From Selaginella moellendorffii (taxonomy: Eukaryota; Plantae; Lycopodiophyta), in contig NW_003314602.1 in assembly GCF_000143415.4 (NCBI RefSeq), forward strand, positions 1 through 9,638: a DNA stretch of 9,638 nt. Reading direction: 5' to 3'. The translations under genes were made by a program, and so were the position numbers. Below the pieces are notes generated by a model. It was not told the DNA's origin, searched no databases, and saw only the letters and a program-made list of their open reading frames with translations. Shown here one piece after another: positions 1-7,531 of this stretch. Positions within the stretch are counted from its first letter, which is position 1. Each line of letters starts with the position of its first letter.

Positions 1-124
1 GAGCAATCTGGACACTTTCCATAAATAGTAGTTGGGACCGAAATGAGACTAACACAAAGGGCATGATAGCGAGGGTGTTTGGCAAACACGGTAAGCTATC
101 ATTTGGCGATATTGAGGGACCAAC

Positions 125-286
125 TGTAGCGCACCTTATCTCTCTCCCCTTAAGCCAACTGGAAAAGGGGCAATTGCTTGATAAGAGAGCCCTTAGTGGC
201 TATTTTATCCCCATTTATCCCCCAAGGTTCCAAGGATCCACGGTGACAGTATATCCAAATCTCATCCTATGATCACATGCATTACA
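125..286 (-). repeat. 3' LTR of TRIM
   Basis: Plus-strand TGTAGC...ATTACA, 162 bp, directly adjacent to the PPT. Confidence 0.9.
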
Positions 287-300
287 CTCACCCCCCTACT
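287..300 (-). other. Polypurine tract
   Basis: Minus AGTAGGGGGGTGAG immediately precedes the TG of the 3' LTR. Confidence 0.8.
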
Positions 301-546
301 GAGCCAAGGGGAACCAGCACCTTCATTTCCGCACTCAATCTACCAATCCTTCCATTGTGTAGACCAGCTATTCAGCTATTATTATGAATAGCAATGGATA
401 CCTTCGTCCGTGGATACTCCACACAAGAGGAAGGATGTACGCATGGATGCCCAATACGTACGATTTCAAATTTAGGGGTTTTGCTCAAGGGTATATTATA
501 CTTTTAAGTAGCCACTAATCAATGGGAATTGAACCCGTGTCATTTT

Positions 547-557
547 CTCTGATACCA
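547..557 (-). other. Primer-binding site complementary to initiator tRNA-Met 3' end
   Basis: Plus CTCTGATACCA equals minus TGGTATCAGAG, the canonical plant LTR-retrotransposon PBS. Confidence 0.9.
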
Positions 558-559
558 AC

Positions 560-721
560 TGTAACACACCTTATCTCTCTCCCCTTAAGCCAACTAGAAA
601 AGGGGCAATTGCTTGATGAGAGAGCCCTTAGTGGCTATTTTATCCCCATTTATCCCCCAAGGTTCCAAGGATCCACGGTGACAGTATATCTAAATCTCAT
701 CCCATGATCACATACGCTACA
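560..721 (-). repeat. 5' LTR of TRIM
   Basis: Plus-strand TGTAAC...GCTACA, 162 bp, directly adjacent to the PBS. Confidence 0.9.
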
Positions 722-844
722 CTATACCACATGCTATGAATGCCGCCATCAATTGAGTTTAGTTGTTCAATTGCAATCTCATGGCATCAAGCAATTGCAC
801 CAATTGCTACTCCAGAGTCAAAGGAGAAGACTACTACTCTACCA

Positions 845-1030
845 TGAAGATGAATGAAAAGGAAAGAGCAAAAGAAGAGAAATGAGAAAAAACTAAAAGG
901 AAAGGGAGATCTAGACAATGGAAAAGTTAAATTTTGAAAGGAAAGAACAAAAGAAATGAAATGAAAAAAACTAAATCTAAATGATACAAAAGCTAAATCT
1001 AAACTAAAATTCTAAATCCACAAAGACAAT
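845..1030. repeat. A/purine-rich low-complexity tract
   Basis: Runs of GAAAA/AAAG and repeated CTAAA/CTAAATCTAAA motifs; no ORF in the track. Confidence 0.6.
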
Positions 1031-1346
1031 GAAAAGTGCCCTTCACCTCCACCAATGTGAGTGTATAGAATATCGAAAGGGAATATAGAAAATGTGCATA
1101 TCAATTAATTCAAAAACCCTAATTTATATACATGAGTGAATGGTCCAGATTGAAACTAATTCAATGTTACCAAAATCCCATTATGCTAATATTAGTATAT
1201 GGCATTGTATTAGACCTCACAGTTTGTAATTTATAAATACAAGATTAATTTAATTGCTTATCAACTACTAAATGATAGAATAACTAAAAAGGGTTTAAGA
1301 AAGTTTATAAATTATAATATTAATTTAATGAATAACATTAATTAAT

Positions 1347-1382
1347 TCCCATTACCGGGATTTGAACCTGGGTCGCCTGGGT
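1347..1382 (-). pseudogene. Truncated tRNA-Glu (3' half only: 3' anticodon stem, T arm, 3' acceptor strand)
   Basis: Matches 7397-7432 with 3 substitutions. The 51 bp at 7433-7483 (anticodon, D arm, 5' end) are replaced by TATC (1383-1386). Confidence 0.88.
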
Positions 1383-1410
1383 TATCGGCCGTTCAAAAAG
1401 GTTGATTACA

Positions 1411-1420
1411 GTTTATAAAC
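1411..1420. promoter_or_regulatory. Palindromic TATA-like element GTTTATAAAC
   Basis: Reads TATAAA on both strands, about 42 bp upstream of the Fic ATG. Conserved in copy 2 (7508-7517), about 40 bp upstream of the tRNA on the minus strand. Confidence 0.35.
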
Positions 1421-1461
1421 ACAGATCCTTTTCCTATCAATAGGGTTTACTGCCGGGAATC

Positions 1462-2730
1462 ATGTGGTCGCTAGAGCCCAGCTTCTTCGATGAGCATGGA
1501 GCGCTTGTAAGTGATCTTCCAGCGCTAGATCCAGAGGATGCAGCTGCATGGCTCTCCGCTTCCACCACTTTCTCGACGTTGAGCATCACGGCAACGGTGA
1601 AGGGTGTTGCGTTGCAATCAGTGAATGCTGCAAACCGCTATGCGCTGGTGCACAGGTTGGAACAGAAGTATCCCGGCTGGATGCTGCTCAAAGTGGTGCT
1701 TGCGGAGGTGCACTATCTTCTGTTTGACAAAGCTGGGGCGCAGCAGCGGCTGCTCGATGTCCAAGATGCCATAGGGCGTGGTAAGGATGAGCAGCTGGAC
1801 AGGGCCGTGCTGGAGCTTTCCAAGCTTATCCAGGAGGAGGACGATGGAGATGAAGATGACGAAGAGGCGGAGGTGGAAGAAGGCATGCAAGTCACTTCCT
1901 ATGTGCGACCTCAACCTTTCTCGTCTGTTCCGTGTTCGTGGAGTGCGGAGGAGATTCGGCACAAGTGGCAGACAAGAACAGAAGTTGATCTTGCTGAGTT
2001 TGGCCGCTACGCAGCCATCACCACAAACGTCCTGGAAGGAGTGTTTTCGCTTGAGGGTCGCAGCTTGTCGCGGCTGGTCAAGCGTGGATTCGACCTTGAC
2101 TCGATCGAGGGTGTTCCTGCCACCAGTCGCATCAAGAGGAAGGCCAAGATCGTGGAAATCCTGGAGAACACACAGTCCTGCTTCGAATACCTCATGAAGA
2201 ATTCTGCTGCTTTCAATGACTCGACGATCCAAGATGTACACAAGAGACTTATGGAGGGGAACAATCTCAACCACGAGGTTGACGATGGTCAGTTTTATGC
2301 TTGTCTCGTGCCTTGCGGCAGCTACCGCCGAGTTCCATGCTATACAACCAATGGCAACTTGGAAACTCGATTTTGTCCTTGGAGGCAGATCCCTACGGAG
2401 ATGCAGTGGTTCTTTGAAGAGGCTCGGCAAGCAATGTCCGACGACTCTGCTGATCCATTCTTGGTATCGGCCTGGCTACACATCGCGTTTATCAGCATTC
2501 ACCCCTTTGCTGATGGTAATGGTCGGGTGGGCCGAATGATTTCCTCTCTTCCACTTGTCAAGGCAGGGCTCCCCCCTGTTGTGGTATCTTTCGAGCGGGA
2601 GCGGAAGAAGAAGTACTTCGCTGCACTGATAGAAGCTCGTAAGTTGGATGATCTAGTACCGCTGGCTTCGTTTCTGAAGGAAGAGGTTGAGCTAGCGATC
2701 ATTCACATCTCCAATTTGGATGATGCTTGA
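1462..2730 (+). CDS. Fic/Fido-domain protein (putative AMPylase, class II with N-terminal inhibitory helix), intronless, 422 aa
   Basis: Canonical motif HPFADGNGRVGR (2500-2535) fits HxFx(D/E)GNGRxxR. TNVLEG (2023-2040) fits the inhibitory (S/T)xxxE(G/N) motif. GSYRRVP-type flap segment, an acidic linker EEDDGDEDDEEAEVEE and an unassigned ~125-aa N-terminal region are also present. Confidence 0.93.
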   Translation: MWSLEPSFFDEHGALVSDLPALDPEDAAAWLSASTTFSTLSITATVKGVALQSVNAANRYALVHRLEQKYPGWMLLKVVLAEVHYLLFDKAGAQQRLLDVQDAIGRGKDEQLDRAVLELSKLIQEEDDGDEDDEEAEVEEGMQVTSYVRPQPFSSVPCSWSAEEIRHKWQTRTEVDLAEFGRYAAITTNVLEGVFSLEGRSLSRLVKRGFDLDSIEGVPATSRIKRKAKIVEILENTQSCFEYLMKNSAAFNDSTIQDVHKRLMEGNNLNHEVDDGQFYACLVPCGSYRRVPCYTTNGNLETRFCPWRQIPTEMQWFFEEARQAMSDDSADPFLVSAWLHIAFISIHPFADGNGRVGRMISSLPLVKAGLPPVVVSFERERKKKYFAALIEARKLDDLVPLASFLKEEVELAIIHISNLDDA

Positions 2731-3523
2731 TCTTGTCTTGAATTCGTAATTTCCTATTAAGCAATTTCTGGTTGTCGAGCAGAATTTCTAATGGAAATTA
2801 AAGCTTAGTCTTCTTGCGTTGTGAAAAAAGAAATCTCACTCGTTTTTCTAGAGTTGATTGGCATCAGTAAAAGAGTTTCTTTGCAGATTGCAAGAGTCGA
2901 GTCTTGTTTCTTCTCAGGGCATCATCCACGATCCATAGGAAGCGCCTGCTTGCTCTCACAACTCACGTTGCTAGTCCCTGCCAGTACAGCGCTCATGCGG
3001 GCAGCTGGAGCTGCACAGATCCGGACGCTTGCTGCAAGGCGGGAGAGGTTCTGACCAAGGTCATCAATGTTCTGTAAACACTTGGTAGTGACCTGGGATT
3101 GATGCCAGGTTGCGTTGTGTAGCAGCAGCACACTTGGGAGATTTCACAGTGCATGGCTCTAGAGCTGGAACTCACACTTCGCAATAGTAATGCAAAGGCT
3201 CCAATTCAGTTGAATTTATGCATATAGAACTTTAACACTCACTCAAGAGCTGGTGCAAATTGAACCTGTTTATTTTATGATCGGGAGAGCAGGTTGCATG
3301 GTATATGAGAGGAATTATCCCTTTCCATTGAGGTAAGAATTGCCACTTAAATGCTATTTTGTGTTAATTGGAATTTATGTAAAAGATTTATTGTAAGACT
3401 CTTACTTATCATACTGCAAAATTTTCAAAGTCAAAATTGAAATTGGTGCTAAGACATAGACTAAAGCCTAAAGAAACAATCATCCTTTTGGCTATGTTCT
3501 GTTCCTGTTTCGCATTCGAAGCA

Positions 3524-4773
3524 ATGAGCATCGAGCCAACCACACTCATCTCAGCACTAATTGCATTTCCACCAATAAATCTTGTAGGCAAGGCTGCCTT
3601 AAAATCCATCAAAAGCTTCATCACAAATGTCTGGGAACTGGAGAGCATTGCAATACAGGCAGCATCAGATGAAGGTCAGCTTATGTACTTGCCATTTGTG
3701 GAAGACAGCATGAGCAGATTAAACCCGAGCTCATCCGTCTACAAGACTTTGGAGAGGGGCAAAATCAGTCTTGAGAAGCTCAGGAGCTTCGCCTTTGAAG
3801 CTTCAAGCAGTGGTACCATGAACTGGCTTCAGAGGTTTGATGAGATTTCTCTACTTTTTAAGTATGGTCTGGATACCACTCCTCTTTTTATCTTGATCTC
3901 TTTTTATAGAAACAAAGACGCCAACAACATCTTAGAGAGCAAAGCAGAGGTGGAGAAGTTTGTTCACAGCATGGATGTGATAAATCTCAGCGAGACACTC
4001 AAGGCAAACGAGCTGCAAGCTCTCAAGATGAACGAATTATGCGAGTCCCAGATGCAAGGAATGAGCAGATTGTTTGACTTGTGGGAATCGCGATTCGAGC
4101 AGCTCATCCAGCTCCAAACTTCTCAGTTCCAGACTATCCAGCAGCTGATTAGCAGTAATCAGGTAAGTCAACCAATGTTTATGCTTGTTCAGTTTATCTC
4201 GTTGAAAACCTACAGCTGAGGCTACCGCAATTGCAATCCTCTGACGATCAAAATCGACATTTGCTGCATGAAAACCACCACCATCACGATCAATCACCAA
4301 CATCAATCGTTCGCACAATCAATGGTGGCTTTCAGGTGTGCATGAACTTCAAGGTATACCAACATGTAGTTCCAGTGGCAACGAGCACAAAGCTGCAAAC
4401 CCAGTTTGCACTCGCGGGCAACGTCCAAAGCTTCCCATACACCGCTGGTTACGCAGCGGTTGTCAAAGACAAGCTCACAGACGCCGAAGATTATCTCTCC
4501 AGAGAAGTGGGAAGAGCGATTGGATTTTTCACAGTCCCAGCGAAAGGCCTGGTGTACACCACCTTTACCATGGACTTGATCGATCGAGGGACGCTGGCGG
4601 CCTCGGGTGTGGCAATGGCTCCATCGTTTACTTACATTGTGAGTGGTGGCACTGGCGAGTTCCTTGGAACCTTTGGCAAGATGGAAGTTCTCATTGTTAG
4701 CAGTGTTGACGATGGAGCCAACTTTATTCTCCTTCACGATGTCACGCTCTATTCTTCCACTAGCATGAATTAG
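3524..4773 (+). CDS. Putative RPW8-like/four-helix-bundle + coiled-coil + dirigent-domain fusion protein, ~373 aa; exons 3524-3834, 3910-4162, 4216-4773
   Basis: GT-AG introns 3835-3909 (75 nt) and 4163-4215 (53 nt, CAG|GTAAGT...CTACAG) join ORF-track frames 3437..4219 and 4231..4773 in frame. The C-terminal part has dirigent motifs in order: VYQH, VVKDKLT..SREVGRAIGFF, GTLAASG, IVSGGTGEF (GGTGEF 4645-4662). The RPW8-like call for the N-terminus is weaker. An alternative in-frame ATG lies at 3494. Confidence 0.75.
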
Positions 4774-4810
4774 AATATGCTTTGATTCTTCTAAAATTTA
4801 GGGATTGTGG

Positions 4811-7268
4811 ATGATGCTACTCCTGCTAGGCTTGGCGCTCGTCGAGGCGCTGAGCGCGCCGATTCCTAGGTTTGAGGAGCGCGCAGCTCTCAAGGAGGAT
4901 GTCCGAAATATGTAAGATCTGTGATCTATCCTTCGTGTATTTACTGATTGGAGAGCTCAATCGATCGCCAGGTTCCATCACGCCTACGACAACTACATGA
5001 AATACGCCTTCCCGGTACGCATTTCTCTTTCCTGACGAAGGAAACTCACGAGATTTCGCTTTGTCTGTGGCAGCACGACGAGCTCAAGCCGCTCAGCTTG
5101 AGTTATACTGATTCGCTAGAGGAGCTTGGAAATCTTAAGGTAAAGTTCTCGCAGATTTTCTTCCTTCTATCATTTTTTCTTTTCTTTTTCCTAGCTTGAG
5201 CGTCTCTCAGAGACTTACAGTGGATCGGCTTTGACACTCGTGGAATCCTTGTCAAGGTAATAGTGTTCTTGGATGGATTTCCATTTCTTCTTTATCTTTT
5301 CTTCTTATATACACAATGAAACATTCTCGTCAGCTTGGCAGTCATGAAGAACAGCAGCGAGTTTGAGAAGGGAGTCTTGTGGCTCGCCGAGAATTTATCC
5401 TTCGACGTTGATGTCCGAGTGAACGTTTTCGAGGTACGTTTGATACCATCGGAGAGCCAGATAACGTAAACTCTTTAACGGTGAAGTCTCGCTTCAGTGT
5501 AATATCAGGTTACTAGGGGGATTAATTTCTGCACACTTCCTAGCCAAAGATTCGAGAAAACAATTGATGTCAAATGGATACAATGATCAGTTGCTTATGC
5601 TTGCAGAGGACTTGGGACTGCGATTGCTGCCAGCTTTTGACACGCCCACTGGAATTCCATACGCTTGGATCAATCTGAAGGTTTGCTACATTTTCTCAAC
5701 GCTCACCTTTCATTTGGAAAGCTTTTTATAGACCGGAGTGCATCCAAACGAGACGACCGAGACAAGCACTTCCGGGTGTGGTAAGTAGCGAGTTTCGTTT
5801 CTTTCTTCGTTCTTTTCGTTGGTTTAAGTAAAAGTTTCATCTCTCAGGCTCGCTGGTTTTGGAGATGGGAGCGTTGTCCCGCTTAACTGGCAATCCACAG
5901 TTTGAGAATTTAGCTTTGAGAGCTCTTCGCAAACTGTGGAGTATGCGCAGTGAACTGAACTTACTGGGAACGAACCTTGACATAAATACTGGACGGTGGA
6001 CTGAGTACTCTTCAGGCATTGGTGCTGGTAATATTTTTCAATGTAATTATTTGGTCACCGTCCGGCCTGTTCTTTCTGCAGGCATCGATTCCTTCTATGA
6101 ATATCTGGTAAAAGCCTACATTCTTTTCGGAGGCGAAGAATACTGGGATATGTTTCAGGACGCTTACCGAGCTGTCCAACAACATTATAGATATGGTTCC
6201 TGGTAAACTATCAGTAAACAGTTCATATGTATTGAAAGAGCTTTATATCAGGTATCATGACGCTGATATGAGAACTGGGAAAGCTACATACTGGCAGTTC
6301 ACGAGTCTGCAAGCATTTTGGCCTGGACTACAGGTAGGAATTTATCGAGAGTTTTATGAAACGTTATGATCTTTTATTGCAGGTTTTGATAGGTGATATT
6401 GCCGCTGCAAACGCTACCCACAGAGAATTTCTCCGCTTGTGGGAGATGTTTGGTATTTTTCCTGAAAGGTTTCGTTTTGTAGAGTTTTGATCCTGCTTTG
6501 CTTACTATCCTTATTATCTTTTTTTTGTCTCAGATACTTACTTGATGCCGGAAAAGTCCACCCCACAGAAAGATACTATCCACTTCGTCCAGAGTTGGCG
6601 GAGTCCACATTCTTTTTATACCAAGCTACAAAAGGTAACATAGTAGAAAAAGTTTGGATTTGATTGTATGTTTTGCTTTTCAGATCCTTGGTATTTGGAC
6701 GTGGGAAAGAAAATCATGAACTCTATCAATGTGTTTAGCCGCGTGCCCGGAGGCTTTGCTAGCGTCAGAGATGTCATGACTATGAAACTAGAAGACCATC
6801 AACATAGTTTTTTCTTATCAGAGACGTAAGTACTCACACCTCCTGCGTGATGATGATCACAAATCCTTTCAACAGGTGCAAATACTTGTATTTGCTATTT
6901 GATGATAGCTTCTTGGACGGCGAGAACCATGTTTTCTCCACCGAGGGCCATCTCTTCCCTGTCAACCAGTCGTGGCAGCAACAGCCCCGTCCCAAGGTAC
7001 CAGAGGATCAATCTCGCGAAACATAAGTAGCGTTTGTGTGTTTTGACAGATATTGTCAAGGCTACGACTATTTTCAAGGCAAAAGCCCATAGACACCAGC
7101 GCTCTCACATCAAAGACATGTCCTCGCTTGAGCAGAGGAAGTGTGGAATCGGCATGCCACATTCCAGACACTCGCGCTGATCACCGATGCGTTTCAAGGT
7201 CGGACTGTGGCGTAGACGCGACTACTTGCGCGAAGAGGTCGTGTAGTTTTGCCGGTTATTGCTCGTGA
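4811..7268 (+). CDS. MNS5: Glycoside hydrolase family 47 class I alpha-1,2-mannosidase, EDEM-like (ERAD), ~551 aa, 15 exons
   Basis: Exons 4811-4911, 4972-5014, 5074-5139, 5195-5256, 5334-5433, 5498-5680, 5732-5780, 5848-6027, 6082-6202, 6252-6333, 6383-6468, 6534-6634, 6684-6825, 6876-6996, 7050-7268 total 1656 nt with all GT-AG introns and an open frame. Signal peptide MMLLLLGLALVEALS; motifs MFHHAYDNYMKYAFPHDELKP, FECNIRLLGGL, GAGIDSFYEY, YPLRPELAES, SFFLSETCKYLYLLF, FSTEGH; Cys-rich tail (CGVDATTC..RSCS..GYC) resembling plant MNS5 as I recall it. Confidence 0.93.
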
Positions 7269-7369
7269 CAAGATCACCAAAAAAAAGCATATAGAAACTA
7301 TTTTTTCTTCCCCAGAAAAAATAAGAATAGTTTTGCCGGTCATATATATATTGACAATCCCAGAAGAAG

Positions 7370-7377
7370 AAAAAAAA
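7370..7377 (-). terminator. Pol III terminator (T8) for tRNA-Glu
   Basis: Plus-strand A8 run about 20 bp downstream of the tRNA 3' end on the minus strand. Confidence 0.6.
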
Positions 7378-7396
7378 GAATGAAAGGGAAATTAAT

Positions 7397-7470
7397 TTCC
7401 ATTGCCGGGATTTGAACCCGGGTCGCCTGGGTGAAAGCCAGGTATCCTGACCGGACTAGACGACAATGGA
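7397..7470 (-). tRNA. tRNA-Glu (anticodon TTC), 74 nt, no intron, no encoded CCA
   Basis: Minus strand TCCATTGTCGTCTAGTCCGGTCAGGATACCTGGCTTTCACCCAGGCGACCCGGGTTCAAATCCCGGCAATGGAA: acceptor TCCATTG/CAATGGA, anticodon arm CCTGG-CTTTCAC-CCAGG, T arm CCGGG-TTCAAAT-CCCGG. Confidence 0.97.
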
Positions 7471-7531
7471 TCAATGAAATTTTGGCCGTTCAAAAAGGTT
7501 GATTACAGTTTATAAACACAATATCCTATCA

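Larger units (their letters stand above)
125..721 (-). mobile_element. TRIM (terminal-repeat retrotransposon in miniature), non-autonomous LTR element
   Basis: Two 162-bp direct repeats (125-286, 560-721), each TG...CA, with 9 mismatches. On the minus strand a PBS TGGTATCAGAG (557-547) lies 2 nt after the 5' LTR and a PPT AGTAGGGGGGTGAG (300-287) abuts the 3' LTR. The internal part is 273 bp and non-coding. No clean TSD (flanks CCAAC / CTATA). Confidence 0.9.
1341..3208 (+). repeat. Segmental direct repeat, copy 1 (tRNA-Glu fragment + Fic gene + downstream region)
   Basis: Aligns by eye with 7391-9389 from ATTAATT-x-CCATT through to ...CAATTCA. Near identical over most of the Fic CDS, more diverged downstream. 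End points are approximate. Confidence 0.92.

Noticed and set aside
63-707. ORFs 63..272 and 522..707 as duplicated small proteins
   Set aside because: They are translations of the two LTRs, which is why they resemble each other.
125-721. Cassandra element
   Set aside because: No 5S rRNA-derived segment is visible in the LTRs on either strand.
750-806. Four CAATTG palindromes within 57 bp
   Set aside because: Irregular spacing in AT-rich DNA; no function can be supported.
1618-2430. 270-aa antisense ORF and other shadow ORFs over both Fic copies and the dirigent exon
   Set aside because: No recognisable motifs, expected from codon bias of the sense gene, and not preserved in full in copy 2.
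1462-7268. Functional ER-proteostasis cluster (Fic acting like BiP-modifying FICD beside the ERAD mannosidase)
   Set aside because: This Fic shows no signal peptide or TM anchor for ER-lumen entry, and adjacency in a eukaryotic genome is weak evidence.
7244-7340. 13-bp direct repeat TAGTTTTGCCGGT (7244-7256, 7328-7340) as a target-site duplication
   Set aside because: The enclosed ~70 bp includes the MNS5 stop codon and has no element termini; more likely a local micro-duplication.
1347-7470. Bacterial-style genomic island integrated in a tRNA (intact tRNA at one end, 3' half broken at the anticodon loop at the other)
   Set aside because: Homology resumes right after the gap (GGCCGTTCAAAAAGG) and runs about 1.8 kb, there is no integrase, and the cargo is intron-rich host genes. 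Duplication plus internal deletion explains it.
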